DNA of 64,000 bases from Nitrospinota bacterium (GCA_016208975.1 JACQXA010000004.1:2013941-2077940); one strand, 5' to 3'; shown: positions 46,133 to 57,143, numbered from the stretch's first letter. Numbers and translations are program-made. The notes: generated by a model not told the origin, from the letters alone.

Positions 46133-46812
46133 CCGCCCGGTTTTTTGCCCGCCATTTTGATCATCCAGCGGTATCCGGAAAGTTCCGACAACGCCAACGC
46201 GCCGAAATAAAGAAAACCGAACGCCACAACCCTTTGCGGCTCATCCACCCAAAGCCCGCTGGAGGTAAACTCCTGCGCCCGGGCCACATCGCTGGTTATT
46301 CCAAGTTCCGGCACCGGAAGCAGGGTTGTGGCGAAAACGAATAGCAGGTAGAACAGGGCGCTGGCGGCCCATGAATGGTTCGCGGCGGACTTGCGGACCT
46401 CCCCGGCCTCCGCCGTCAGCACGGTGATAACGCGGTTGGCTATCATCCCGGCGAAAATAAGGGCGGGCAACCAATCTGAAAACGAAAGGGAAATGCCCAA
46501 AATGAAAAGGCTGTAAAAAAGGCCGATCCCCAATATGTTCAGGCTTTTTTTACCCCTGCTTACATTCGCCGCCATGGCCGTGGCGAGAAACGCCCCCGAA
46601 TGCATAACGATGAATTCCAGCAACATCATCATGGTTAGGTATGACACGGTTTTCAACCCAAAGGTATATGGGCTTATCCAGGTGATGATGAACATGGCGG
46701 AGAAAGCGGCGTAACCCAGGCCAGATATGGCGCTACCTTCCGACGGGTATTTTTCGGGGCTGTAAGGATCCATTCCTTCCGATGGGCCGGTTATGTTGCG
46801 CGACCTTGTCAT
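46129..46812 (-). CDS. polytopic membrane protein (unknown)
   Basis: 6-7 hydrophobic helices, 4-nt overlap with ADH end. Confidence 0.55.
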   Translation of the reverse strand: MTRSRNITGPSEGMDPYSPEKYPSEGSAISGLGYAAFSAMFIITWISPYTFGLKTVSYLTMMMLLEFIVMHSGAFLATAMAANVSRGKKSLNILGIGLFYSLFILGISLSFSDWLPALIFAGMIANRVITVLTAEAGEVRKSAANHSWAASALFYLLFVFATTLLPVPELGITSDVARAQEFTSSGLWVDEPQRVVAFGFLYFGALALSELSGYRWMIKMAGKKPGG

Positions 46813-46821
46813 GATTCCCGC

Positions 46822-48978
46822 CTATTTGCTGGTGTGCCTGAAAGCGCCGTCCCATTCCGGGGGAGGCGGCGTTCGCATATAATGTTCCGCCCGCTCTAAA
46901 AGTGTTTTGGACGGCAGGTCGTCATATCTTTCGATAAGAGTCTTGCACATTGCGACAGCCCCGCTCCAGTCCCTGTTCGAGTATCTTTCAAAAGCCTCTT
47001 CGTACATTGCGGCCTGTTCAACCATTGCGCCGGTCTCCTCACCCCTTCTTGCCATTATCTCGTAAACCAGCGTAGGTTTCTCCTTCCCTTTCACCACGAG
47101 CAGGTCTATTTTCCTGCCGAATACCACTGGTTGCGCGGCCAGGTAAGTGACCTCCGCCGCCAGTATCCGGGTGTTATAAGCCTTGTTGAGCCCCTCCAGC
47201 CGGGAAGACTGGTTCACCGCGTCGCCTATGGCGGTGTAGTCGAACCGGTCGCGGGAGCCCATGTTGCCCACCACGCAAAGGCCGCTGTTGAGCCCCACAC
47301 GCATGTTTATCTCCGGCAAACCCTGCTTGGCCAGCTGGGCGCGGAACCGGTCCAGCCGCGCAAGACATTCCAGCGCCGAAAGGCAGGCCAGTTCCGCATG
47401 CCGTTCCTGCTCCACCGGGGCGCCCCAGAAGGCCATCACCGCGTCGCCAATGTATTTGTCCACAGTGCCGTCCCGTTGGGTGATGGTCTCGGCCATAAGG
47501 GTTGTGTAGCCGTTTAGTATCCCCACCAACGCCGAGGCTTCTAACCGTTCCGATAAAGTTGTAAAACCCACCAGGTCGGAGAAAAGCACGGTTATCTCCC
47601 GCTTCTCGCCGCCCAGTTGAAGCCGCTCGGGCTCTTTAATTATCTGGCTCACCACCGAGGGTGACACATAATGCTGGAACGCCCGCTGGATGAACCGCCT
47701 TTGCCTCCCCTCCACCTGGTACTTGTACCCGGCGGCAAGAATCAGCGAAACCGTGGCCGATGTAAAAAGCGTCAGCAGGCTCATCCACTGGCCGGATTTG
47801 AAAAAGGCGCCGGATGTGGCGAACAGGGCTCCCAAGGTCAACGACGTTATCGCCCCCGCCCAGTAAACCGAATTGATGAACACAACGCTAAAGGCTATAA
47901 ACAGCGCTCCGGCTAAAGCCGCCAACGCTGTGAGCCAAAGGGGGGCCTCCCGCAGGAACCTGGCGTTTAAAAGGTTGTCCAGCGCCGCCGCGTGGATCTC
48001 CATCCCAGGCGACACGGCGGAAAGAGGCGTGGGCTTCAAATCAAACAAGCCAGGCGCTGTGTAGCCTATAATGACGTAGGCGTCGTTAAAAACTTCCGGC
48101 GCTATGGCTGGCTCCACCCCTTGAGAAGCGGCCAGGGCCGACGATATAACCCCGGCGGCGGAATATCGCTTATAGGCATTCCGCCCGCCGTGATAGTAAA
48201 TCCACATGCGCCCATCGCCGTCCAGCGGGATGTCAAGCCCGTTTACGGCCAAGGCTCTGTTGTCGAACCTGGCGGTCTTTTCACTGGAGAATACTGGAGC
48301 CGCGAACAGGGCGGGGATGAGCCCGCCGTTGAAAACTATGGCCGGGGGAACCCGGCGGTAAACCCCGTCGTTGTCCGGTCTGAACGTCACCGATGCCAAC
48401 CCCCGGGCGGCGGCGGCCAACTGCGGGAGGGGGAGCGACGCGCCATTTTTCACCAACGCCATGGGCGCGGCGCCTTCGAAACCGATTCCCGATTTTTGCG
48501 TGGCCTTCATGACCTCCCCGCTGGCGGAGCCGCCGGTGGTGAAAGCCGCCGCCAGGAATACGTTGCCAGCCTTTTGCATGGCGCCGGCGAATTGTTCGTC
48601 GGTCTCCTCGCCGTATGGCGATATGTTGTTGAACAAAATATCGAACATCACCGCGCGGGCTCCGTTTTTGGCGCAATATTCGATTATGGGGTTATAAAGG
48701 CTTCGCGGCCAGGGGAAGGGGATGTTGTCCCGCTCGAAATGGTCCAGGCTATGCTGGTCCACCTCCACAAGTATTATGCGTTTGTCGGCCAGGGCCGGGT
48801 TTGCGTACGCCCGGAACTGGGCGTCCAGCGATTTTAGCGCGAAGGACTCCATAAAAGGCGCGCGGCCAGCGACAACGGCAAGAATGGAGGCCAGCATGGA
48901 AATGCCCAGCGCCGCCGCGGTTTTTTTCATGGTTATCAGCCCGTGATGGTCGAATCCCGTTGGCTTTTCCGTCATCAT
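46822..48978 (-). CDS. CHASE2-sensor class III adenylate/guanylate cyclase
   Basis: N-terminal periplasmic CHASE2-like domain, TM bundle, EITVLFSDLVGFTTLSE cyclase core, C-terminal helical domain. Confidence 0.85.
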   Translation of the reverse strand: MMTEKPTGFDHHGLITMKKTAAALGISMLASILAVVAGRAPFMESFALKSLDAQFRAYANPALADKRIILVEVDQHSLDHFERDNIPFPWPRSLYNPIIEYCAKNGARAVMFDILFNNISPYGEETDEQFAGAMQKAGNVFLAAAFTTGGSASGEVMKATQKSGIGFEGAAPMALVKNGASLPLPQLAAAARGLASVTFRPDNDGVYRRVPPAIVFNGGLIPALFAAPVFSSEKTARFDNRALAVNGLDIPLDGDGRMWIYYHGGRNAYKRYSAAGVISSALAASQGVEPAIAPEVFNDAYVIIGYTAPGLFDLKPTPLSAVSPGMEIHAAALDNLLNARFLREAPLWLTALAALAGALFIAFSVVFINSVYWAGAITSLTLGALFATSGAFFKSGQWMSLLTLFTSATVSLILAAGYKYQVEGRQRRFIQRAFQHYVSPSVVSQIIKEPERLQLGGEKREITVLFSDLVGFTTLSERLEASALVGILNGYTTLMAETITQRDGTVDKYIGDAVMAFWGAPVEQERHAELACLSALECLARLDRFRAQLAKQGLPEINMRVGLNSGLCVVGNMGSRDRFDYTAIGDAVNQSSRLEGLNKAYNTRILAAEVTYLAAQPVVFGRKIDLLVVKGKEKPTLVYEIMARRGEETGAMVEQAAMYEEAFERYSNRDWSGAVAMCKTLIERYDDLPSKTLLERAEHYMRTPPPPEWDGAFRHTSK

Positions 48979-49011
48979 ACCAGAACAACATTAAAGATAG
49001 GTTTTTGAAGG

Positions 49012-49335
49012 ATGGGCATGAGTTTCGCCGAAATGATGGAATCCGTAAAGGCGTTTCATCTCAAACACGATTTCGCCAACAAAGGTGGCGAGGAGATGAA
49101 ATACCGCGTGTGCCTGATGGCCGAGGAGTTGGGGGAGATTTCATCGGCGGTCACCAAGGGCAAGGCGAAAGAGGAACTGGCGGAGGAGATAGCAGACCTT
49201 CTGATCCTCGTGATGGGTTGCGCGATAGCTTTGGATTTTGACATGGAGACGGAGTTCAACAAAAAGATGGAGAAGATAATGGACCGCCCCTCAAAGCTTG
49301 TGAACGGCGTTATCCGGGTGACGGAACACCAGTGA
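49012..49335 (+). CDS. MazG-like nucleotide pyrophosphohydrolase domain protein
   Basis: EELGEISSAV..EEIADLLILVMGCA EExxE motifs. Confidence 0.8.
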   Translation: MGMSFAEMMESVKAFHLKHDFANKGGEEMKYRVCLMAEELGEISSAVTKGKAKEELAEEIADLLILVMGCAIALDFDMETEFNKKMEKIMDRPSKLVNGVIRVTEHQ

Positions 49336-49485
49336 GGCGGTTATAGGCGGCTCCGAAAGGGGATGTAATGATGAGTTTGTCGAACTATGACCCCAATGTT
49401 GGTTGTCACCCTTCGACGGGCTCAGGGTGACAAATCACCTCTTGCCATTGCCTGTTGAGCAATCTGACCCGGTATAATTCCGGGG

Positions 49486-50853
49486 TTAGCGCTCCGTTTG
49501 CCTTAATGTTTCAATCCACCCTGCAAACTCCTCATTGGCCCGTTCCAGAATTAAAGCGCGGCGTTCTTTTCTGCCCCTGGTCTTTTTCTCCAACGGCGGG
49601 AACAGCGCGAAGTTAATGTTAGTAGGCTGGAAATTGTCCGCCCGCGCAGGGTCGGTAATGTAATGGAGCAGGGCGCCCAGGGTTGTGGCATGCGGAGGCG
49701 GCGGCATGTCCATTCCCAACAACTCCCATGCGGTAAAAGCGCCCGCCAGAAAACCCATGGCCACCGCTTCCACATAACCCTCCACGCCGGTTATCTGGCC
49801 CGCCAGCCGGACCCGATGATCATTTTTCAGCGTCAACCCGGCGCTCAACGCTCTTGGGGAATTAATATAAGTGTTCCTGTGCAGCGAGCCGAACCGGAGG
49901 AAATGGGCTTCTTTCAACCCCGGTAACGTTCTGAAAATGCGCTCCTGCTCGGGGTAGGTAAGCTTGGTCTGGAACCCCACCAGGTTATATGCGTTCCCTT
50001 CCGCGTTTTCCTTCCTCAACTGGATTACGGCGTATGGCCTCTCCCCGGTGGCAGGATTGGTGATACCCACCGGTTTCATGGGCCCGAACGATAAAGCCTC
50101 GCGCCCCCGGGAGGCTATTTCCTCTATGGGCAGGCATCCCTCGAAATAATATTCCTTCTCGAAATTTTCGAATCTCACCGTTTGGGCGGACAGAAGACTG
50201 TCTATAAAGCTCTCATATTCGTTGCGATTAAGCGGGATGTTCAGATAATCCCCGGCGCCCGGTTCGGCGTACCTGTCCTGCTCGAAAACCATGCTTCTGT
50301 CCAAAGAATCGGCCTCCACGATGGGCGCTATGGCGTCGTAAAAATATAGCCCATCGCCTCCGATCAACTCCTTGAGCCGCTCCGCCAAAGCGTTTGAGGT
50401 AAGAGGGCCTGTGGATACGATCACCGCGTCGTAACCCTCGGGGATATCCGTCACTTCCTCACGGATGAGTCGTATGTTCTGGCGTGACTGGATGGCCTTT
50501 GTCACCGCCTTCCCCAACAACTCCCTGTCCACCGCCAGCGCTTTGCCGGCTGGCACACGGCATTTGCGGGCCATTTCCATGATGAGCGACCCGGCTTTCG
50601 AAAGGTTTTCCTTTAGCATGCCGGTGGGCGAAGATAGCTCTTCGGACTTGAGCGAGTTGGAGCACACAAGTTCCCCCAGCCATGCGGTGGCGTGGGCGGG
50701 GGTGGATTTTACCGGCCGCATCTCGTAAAGGTCCACGCGGCCGTTCTCGCCCAGGATACGGGACAACTGCCAGGCCGCTTCCGGCCCGGCCAGCCCGCCG
50801 CCGATAACGGCTACCTGGAAGGCTCTTCTTCCAGCTGTTTCTTGTAGCCGCAT
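49486..50853 (-). CDS. trmFO: methylenetetrahydrofolate--tRNA-(uracil-5-)-methyltransferase
   Basis: FQVAVIGGGLAGPEAAWQL FAD fold; start uncertain (ORF-track start 50970 overlaps topA). Confidence 0.85.
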   Translation of the reverse strand: MRLQETAGRRAFQVAVIGGGLAGPEAAWQLSRILGENGRVDLYEMRPVKSTPAHATAWLGELVCSNSLKSEELSSPTGMLKENLSKAGSLIMEMARKCRVPAGKALAVDRELLGKAVTKAIQSRQNIRLIREEVTDIPEGYDAVIVSTGPLTSNALAERLKELIGGDGLYFYDAIAPIVEADSLDRSMVFEQDRYAEPGAGDYLNIPLNRNEYESFIDSLLSAQTVRFENFEKEYYFEGCLPIEEIASRGREALSFGPMKPVGITNPATGERPYAVIQLRKENAEGNAYNLVGFQTKLTYPEQERIFRTLPGLKEAHFLRFGSLHRNTYINSPRALSAGLTLKNDHRVRLAGQITGVEGYVEAVAMGFLAGAFTAWELLGMDMPPPPHATTLGALLHYITDPARADNFQPTNINFALFPPLEKKTRGRKERRALILERANEEFAGWIETLRQTER

Positions 50854-53081
50854 TCCTTGTTGGGGCATTTGAGGAATACGCCCGACTTTAACGATTTTTT
50901 CACGAGGAAGGGGTGCTTGCAATCCGGGCAGGCCTCGGCCACCGGCTCGTCCCATGTGGCGAAATCGCACTTGGGATAATTATCGCAACCGTAGAAGGTC
51001 TTTCCGGTCTTGGTGCGTTTGCGGGTAAGCTCGCCGCCGCAATCCGGCTTGGGGCATTTAATGCCTATGCCTATTTGCTTTGTGGTCTTGCACTCCGGAT
51101 AGCGGGAGCATGCCATGTACCGTCCGAACCTGCCGGTCTTTATCACCATGGGGGATCCGCACTTCTCGCATTTCAAATCCGTCGGCTCGTCTGGCGGCGC
51201 CTCTTTTTTCTCCATCGGGATTCCGCTGGCGTCCAGTTTCTTGGTGGTTTTGCATTCCGGGTAGCCGGAGCAAGCCAGGAATTTTCCGAACCGTCCGAAC
51301 TTTATCACCATGGGTTTGCCGCAGTTGTCGCAGACAAATTCCGTCACTTCGGCTTCGGCCTTCACGTTGCGCATCTGTTCGCGCGCCTTGTTCAGGTCCG
51401 CTTCAAAGGGCTTGTAAAAATCGTCCAGCGCCAGGGTCCAATTTTTCTGGCCATCTTCCACCTGGTCCAGCTCGTTCTCCATCTGGGCGGTGAACTCCAC
51501 GTTTATTATGTCGGGGAAATTCTCCACCAGAAGGTCGGTAACCAGTATGCCCAACTCCGAAGGGATAAGCTTGCGGTCCTCCGCCTGGCAGTATTCCCTC
51601 TCCTGGATGACGCCCACGATGCCCGCGTAGGTGGACGGCCTGCCGATGCCCCGCTCCTCCAGCTCCCGGATAAGCGACGCTTCGGTGTATCTTGGCGGCG
51701 GTTGGGTAAAATGCTGGTTCTCCTTAAGCTCCGCAAGTTTCAGCCGCTGGCCCTCGGCCAGGTCCGCCGGGAGGCGTTTGTCCGAATCGTCAGCGCTTTC
51801 ATCCGCGTTCTCTTTGGTCTCCTCGTAAACCTTCAGGAACCCGGCGAATTTCATTATGGAGCCGGTGGCCCGCATAGTGTACTCCCCGGCGGTGATGTCC
51901 ACCGAAGTCACGTCGAACACGGCCTGGGCCATCTGCGAGGCCACGAACCGTTTCCATATCAATTCATATATGGCCAGGTCTTCCTTCGAAAGATGTTTTT
52001 TCATCTTCTCCGGCGTCCGCTCCACCGAGGTGGGGCGGATGGCCTCGTGGGCGTCCTGCGCCGATTTCCCGGTCTTGTAAACGTTGGGGCTGGCGGGCAT
52101 GTATTGGCCGCCGAATTCTTTTTCGATGAAGCCGCGCACGTCGGTGATGGCTTCGGCGGATACCCTGGTGGAGTCAGTCCTCATATAGGTTATAAGACCC
52201 ACCGGTCCCTCTTCACCCACATCCAAACCCTCGTATAGCCTTTGGGCCACCGACATGGTGCGCCGGGCGTTATAACGAAGCTTGCGCGAGGCCTCCTGCT
52301 GGAGTGTGGAGGTGATGAACGGCGCGTAAGGGTTCCGCTTCCGCTCTTTCTTCTCTATCTTCTTTATTACAAGCTCCGCGGCGCGGATGGCGGCGCCTAT
52401 TTTAGCGGCGTCCTCGCCGGAGCCAATTTCTATCTTTTCGCCCTTGAACTGGGCCAGCTTAACCTCGAACGGCGGCGGGGACGAGCCTTCCACAACTCCG
52501 TCTATGGTCCAGTACTCCTGCGGGACGAAGGCGCGGACCTCTTTTTCCCGCTCCACCAATATCCTCATGGCCACCGACTGAACCCTGCCCGCCGAAAGCC
52601 CCTTTCTAACCTTCTCCCAAAGGAGCGGCGAAAGTTTATAGCCCATGAGCCTGTCCAGAATCCTGCGGGCCATCTGGGCGTTCACCTTGTTCAGGTTTAT
52701 CTCGCCCACGTTCTTTATGGCTTCGGTGACGGCTTTCTTGGTGATCTCGTTGAACAGCACCCGGTATATTTTTTTGCCTTTGCCGGAAATTTCCTCCGCC
52801 AGATGGGCGGCTATGGCCTCCCCTTCGCGGTCCGGGTCGGGCGCCAGGTATATTATCTCGGCGCTTTTGGCGGCGCTTTTCAGGTCTTTTAAGACGCTGG
52901 CCTTGCCCTTGATGGTGACAAACTCCGGTTTGTAACCATTCACAATGTCCACGCCCAGCTTGGACTTGGGCAAATTTTTGATGTGCCCCATGGAGGCCAT
53001 CACATTAAAATCCTTGCCCAGATACCGCTTCAACGTGGCCGCCTTCGCCGGCGACTCCACCACTAAAAGACCCTTGGCCAT
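50811..53081 (-). CDS. topA: DNA topoisomerase I with C-terminal Zn-ribbon repeats
   Basis: TOPRIM N-terminus, catalytic region, CDNCGKPM/CEKCGSPM/CPKPDCGG/CPDC zinc fingers. Confidence 0.95.
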   Translation of the reverse strand: MAKGLLVVESPAKAATLKRYLGKDFNVMASMGHIKNLPKSKLGVDIVNGYKPEFVTIKGKASVLKDLKSAAKSAEIIYLAPDPDREGEAIAAHLAEEISGKGKKIYRVLFNEITKKAVTEAIKNVGEINLNKVNAQMARRILDRLMGYKLSPLLWEKVRKGLSAGRVQSVAMRILVEREKEVRAFVPQEYWTIDGVVEGSSPPPFEVKLAQFKGEKIEIGSGEDAAKIGAAIRAAELVIKKIEKKERKRNPYAPFITSTLQQEASRKLRYNARRTMSVAQRLYEGLDVGEEGPVGLITYMRTDSTRVSAEAITDVRGFIEKEFGGQYMPASPNVYKTGKSAQDAHEAIRPTSVERTPEKMKKHLSKEDLAIYELIWKRFVASQMAQAVFDVTSVDITAGEYTMRATGSIMKFAGFLKVYEETKENADESADDSDKRLPADLAEGQRLKLAELKENQHFTQPPPRYTEASLIRELEERGIGRPSTYAGIVGVIQEREYCQAEDRKLIPSELGILVTDLLVENFPDIINVEFTAQMENELDQVEDGQKNWTLALDDFYKPFEADLNKAREQMRNVKAEAEVTEFVCDNCGKPMVIKFGRFGKFLACSGYPECKTTKKLDASGIPMEKKEAPPDEPTDLKCEKCGSPMVIKTGRFGRYMACSRYPECKTTKQIGIGIKCPKPDCGGELTRKRTKTGKTFYGCDNYPKCDFATWDEPVAEACPDCKHPFLVKKSLKSGVFLKCPNKECGYKKQLEEEPSR

Positions 53082-53108
53082 TAGAGCAACACCATAAAAA
53101 ATATAGAT

Positions 53109-54218
53109 TTACGCAAGCATGAAAAGCTTGCCGGGCATCTGTTTCACCTTGCCCTTCAGTTCAAGGGTGAGAAGTATAGCAGACAGCATTGGGGTTGGCA
53201 AACCGCTGGACTGGGCGATTATGTCAATATGCCGTTCGGTATGGTCCATGGCCTCCAATGCCATTTGCTCCTCCGGCGTAAGGGGAATGGGGGTTTCCAG
53301 GGGCAGTTGGGCTTGCCGGGCCTTCAGTTTTCCCAATACATACTCGGGCAATTCCTCAAGGATATCTTCCACCGACTGGACCAGCTTAGCGTGCCCTTTC
53401 TTAATGAGGCGGTTGGGGCCTTCGCTTTTCGGAGAGTTCACCGGGCCGGGCAGGGCGAACACGTCCCGGTTGTCATCCAAAGCGGCGTAGGCAGTTATCA
53501 ACGCTCCACTTTTCTCGGCGGCCTCTATAACCAGCACCCCGAGACATAATCCGCTGACAACCCGGTTGCGCATGGGGAAATGTATCTTGTCCGGCCCGGC
53601 GATGAATGGAAACTGGCTTATCACGGCTCCGGTGTCGGGTATCTTCTTCTGAATGTCCCGGTGCTCGGCCGGGTAATATATGTTCAGCCCGCATCCCAGC
53701 ACCGCCGCCGTCCTTCCCCCGGCGTTCATTGCGCCCCGGTGCGCCAGGCCATCCACCCCCCTCGCCAGCCCCGACACCACCATTACGCCAAGTTCCGCCA
53801 GGGCTCCTGCCAGTTTTTCGGCCATCATCTTGCCGTAGCTTGTGGGCGCGCGCGTCCCCACCACGCCTATCGCAAGCTCGTCCTCCTCCCGCCAATCCCC
53901 GGCGATGGATAACACGGGCGGGGGGGAATAAATGTTCTCCAGAGGTTTTGGGTAACCATCTTCACCGAGCAGGTTGATGCTGGCGCCCAGCTTTTCGGCC
54001 ATTTGGGTTTCCCTGGCGGAGACTTTCAAAGGGTCTGTCCCGCTGATTTTTTTCGCCAGCGCCTCGGACACCCCCTCCACTTCGGCAAGCCGCGCCACTG
54101 GAGTTTGAAAAACCTCCATGGCCGAGCCGAACGCCGCCACGAGCCGGTGGAATATCACAGGCCCGATGAACGGCACTGCGTTCAACGCTATGCGGTAGTC
54201 GCGGTCATCACCTGGCAT
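53109..54218 (-). CDS. dprA: DNA-processing protein DprA (Smf)
   Basis: Rossmann-like DprA core; conserved dprA-topA synteny. Confidence 0.9.
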   Translation of the reverse strand: MPGDDRDYRIALNAVPFIGPVIFHRLVAAFGSAMEVFQTPVARLAEVEGVSEALAKKISGTDPLKVSARETQMAEKLGASINLLGEDGYPKPLENIYSPPPVLSIAGDWREEDELAIGVVGTRAPTSYGKMMAEKLAGALAELGVMVVSGLARGVDGLAHRGAMNAGGRTAAVLGCGLNIYYPAEHRDIQKKIPDTGAVISQFPFIAGPDKIHFPMRNRVVSGLCLGVLVIEAAEKSGALITAYAALDDNRDVFALPGPVNSPKSEGPNRLIKKGHAKLVQSVEDILEELPEYVLGKLKARQAQLPLETPIPLTPEEQMALEAMDHTERHIDIIAQSSGLPTPMLSAILLTLELKGKVKQMPGKLFMLA

Positions 54219-54230
54219 TTATGCTTTTCC

Positions 54231-57143
54231 TTATTGCGCCCGTTGCGAGACAAAATCCAGATAAACCGCCCTTACTTTCGCCATGGTCTCCTTTACCTCC
54301 CCCAACAACCTTTCAGGCCCCACGCCGGGAAGAGCAACCATCCGCGCCAGCCGCCGCAACGCCGCAACATCCAGCGGGATCACATTTAACGCCTGTTCCC
54401 GGTCCATCCTCAAAGCGTCTTCCAGGGAGCGGTATAGGACATACGCTTTTTCCAGCTCCACGGTGTCTTGGGCGGAAATGATTTTGCGGGCTCTAGCCCT
54501 TGCCAGGGTGGACATGGTGAACGGCTCTTCCTTCTCCGGCGGGGAGCCCAGCGACGGTTCCTCCAGCGCCAGCCATTGCAGGATGAACTCTATTTCAATC
54601 AGCCCGCCCCGGCCGAACTTTATGTCCACCGCGCCAGTCCTCACCTTTTCGTCGGCTATGCGTTCCCGGATCTCGGCAATGCGGGCCGATTCCTGCGGGG
54701 TAAGGGGTGGGTGAGTTATAAACCTGTCCATCGTTTCCATCACCATGGCCCCCACAGCCTCATCTCCGGCGATGGGGCGGGCGCCCACCAGCGCCAGCCG
54801 TTCCCACGCGTCGGCTTTGCCGCCGTAATATTCTTCCGCCGCGTTGATGGAGGGCACAAGCTCTCCTTTCTCGCCATAGGGGCGCAGACGCATGTCCAGC
54901 GCGTATCCGGAACCGTATGGAGTATATGCCCCGCAAAGCCTGATAGCATGTTGAGTCAATAACGTTACCCCGGCCCTGTCCATTTCCCGGTCGTCCACGA
55001 ACACTATAAGGTCCATGTCCGACCCGTAGTTCATCTCCCGGCGGCCCAGTTTTCCCGCCGCCAGAACAGCCCAGCCCTTTTCGCCGCAACCGGTTTCAAA
55101 GGCCGCCAGGGAGAATGAGGCCTTCAAAAACTCCTCGGCAAGTTTTGTAAGACCCTCCATCAGCTCGAACCTGTCCGATAAGCCCAATAACCTGCGCAAA
55201 CCCAGCCGCAGGCTTTCGGCGGAGCGGAACATGTTCAGTGACGACATTTTGTTTTCGGCGGTTCCGCCGCCATCCAGCGCCGAGCGGAACTCCCCCCGGT
55301 AACGGAACCTGTCGGCGGGCCTTTCCAATGGGTCGGCCACCAGCATGCGGTCTAGAACATCGGGCTGGCGGATGAGTGTGGCCGTGAGCCGCTCCGATTG
55401 GGAGAAGATGGCCGACAGGAGTTTTATTATGGGTCTGGTCTCGTCCAGAAGCTCATATAGCATGTCGCGCCCGCCCCTTGCCTCCACGAAACGCTCGAAA
55501 CCCACAAGCACATGGTCGGGCCATGGGGTAGCCTGGGCTTCCCTTATTATCTCCGGCCCGAACCTGTCGAAAGCCAGCCTGCTCCTTTCAGACGGATGGG
55601 TGAAGGGTTTGCCGTTACGCAAGGTGTTCAGCGCCCGGGCCGATTCTTCAGGTTTGTCGAAGCTCAAGGAATCCAGCCATGCGGTGATGGTCTCAACATC
55701 ATCGGTGGGGGCCGGGAAAGAGTCCGCCGCCTTTTTTTCCTCTTCCTTCTTGAAAAACAAGTCAAAGATGTTCCGCACCCGTTTTTGGCGTTTTTTGGTC
55801 TCTTCCAATAGCGTGGCCGCCGGATCCTCAGAGTCAAAACCCATCAGCTTGCCAAGTACTTTGAGCCGCTCGGGGTATTCAGGCATGGAATGGGTCTGGA
55901 GCAACTGATGATACTGGATACGGTTCTCCAGCCGCCTGTAGAATAGATATGATTCCCTCAAGTCCCGGTGATGTGGAGCGGAGAGAAGCCCCAGGGTCCG
56001 GCACGCGTCCAGGGCTTTTAGCGTATTCTGCGTCCTCAGTTCCGGATAACGCGCCGCGTAAAGCAACTGCATGGCCTGGGTCACAAACTCTATCTCCCGG
56101 ATGCCGCCATGGCCGAGCTTTATGTTCCTTTCGGCGTTTCTTACCCCTTTTTTCGACTGAAGCTGAAGATCTATCTTGCCTTTCATGGCGGCGATTTCAT
56201 CTATGGCGCGCTGGTCCAGGTATTTCCTGTACATGAACGGGTAGAGCCTGCGGAGGGTCTCATCGCCCACTTGTTTTGAGCCGCCGCAAACCCGGGCCTT
56301 TAACAAGGCCTGGCGCTCCCATTGCTGGCCCCATGACTCGTAATAAACCTCCATGGCCCCTATGGAGTTTGTAATCTCCCCCCGGGTCCCTTCCGGGCGC
56401 AGGTCCAGGTCCACCCGGAAAACGGAGCCATCCTCGGTGGATTCCCCCAACAGCCTGGTCACCTCCCGCGCCACCATTACAAAATGCTGGTGGAGGGGCG
56501 TGATGGCGGAGCCATCCTCTTTGCCGGTGGTGGAGCCGTTGTTCGACGAATGTACATATATAAGATCCACGTCCGACGATATGTTCAACTCCTCACCGCC
56601 CAGCTTCCCCATGCCCAGGCAGGCGAATCTGGCCGGAAGCTCCTCTTTCCCCTCAAAAGGGGTATAAAAAGGCTGGCCATGAAGCTTAAGAAACTTCGTT
56701 TCGGCGATTGTTATGGCGGTGTCTATGGCGATGTCGGCCACGGTGGACCATTCGGCCAGCGCCTCGGTGACTTCGCACAGGCCCGCCAGTTCCCGGGCGG
56801 CGATGCGGGCCAGTTCCCGGTGCTTGAACCTTCGCAGGGCGGGCATTGGCTCCATTGCCGTCAGTAGCATTTCGATATGCCCCTGCATGGATTCTTTGCC
56901 TCGTGACGAAAGCAGAATCTCCCCGGTGGTGAGCCAGTCCAGGTCATTGGGCCGGGCAAGGATGTAGTTGGTAAGGTAATCGCTTCCGGCGAACAACCCG
57001 GCCAGCGGAGTGAAAATTTCCGGGAAGGAGGCCAGTTGGGGCCTTGTTTCAAAAAGCCGGTTGAACCCGGAGGCCACGGTGTCCGGATCGGCTGATGATA
57101 GGACGATTTCTTCCGGTGTCATAATCAGGATTCGCCGAGCCAA
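54231..57143 (-). CDS. glnE: bifunctional glutamine synthetase adenylyltransferase/adenylyl-removing enzyme
   Basis: two nucleotidyltransferase domains, 970 aa. Confidence 0.92.
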   Translation of the reverse strand: MARRILIMTPEEIVLSSADPDTVASGFNRLFETRPQLASFPEIFTPLAGLFAGSDYLTNYILARPNDLDWLTTGEILLSSRGKESMQGHIEMLLTAMEPMPALRRFKHRELARIAARELAGLCEVTEALAEWSTVADIAIDTAITIAETKFLKLHGQPFYTPFEGKEELPARFACLGMGKLGGEELNISSDVDLIYVHSSNNGSTTGKEDGSAITPLHQHFVMVAREVTRLLGESTEDGSVFRVDLDLRPEGTRGEITNSIGAMEVYYESWGQQWERQALLKARVCGGSKQVGDETLRRLYPFMYRKYLDQRAIDEIAAMKGKIDLQLQSKKGVRNAERNIKLGHGGIREIEFVTQAMQLLYAARYPELRTQNTLKALDACRTLGLLSAPHHRDLRESYLFYRRLENRIQYHQLLQTHSMPEYPERLKVLGKLMGFDSEDPAATLLEETKKRQKRVRNIFDLFFKKEEEKKAADSFPAPTDDVETITAWLDSLSFDKPEESARALNTLRNGKPFTHPSERSRLAFDRFGPEIIREAQATPWPDHVLVGFERFVEARGGRDMLYELLDETRPIIKLLSAIFSQSERLTATLIRQPDVLDRMLVADPLERPADRFRYRGEFRSALDGGGTAENKMSSLNMFRSAESLRLGLRRLLGLSDRFELMEGLTKLAEEFLKASFSLAAFETGCGEKGWAVLAAGKLGRREMNYGSDMDLIVFVDDREMDRAGVTLLTQHAIRLCGAYTPYGSGYALDMRLRPYGEKGELVPSINAAEEYYGGKADAWERLALVGARPIAGDEAVGAMVMETMDRFITHPPLTPQESARIAEIRERIADEKVRTGAVDIKFGRGGLIEIEFILQWLALEEPSLGSPPEKEEPFTMSTLARARARKIISAQDTVELEKAYVLYRSLEDALRMDREQALNVIPLDVAALRRLARMVALPGVGPERLLGEVKETMAKVRAVYLDFVSQRAQ

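Noticed and set aside
50854-50970. N-terminal 39-codon extension of trmFO in the ORF track (MRFRHMGRAGG...)
   Set aside because: Overlaps the 3' end of topA and precedes the conserved FAD-binding start. An internal ATG at 50853 (or 50868) gives a normal-length TrmFO.
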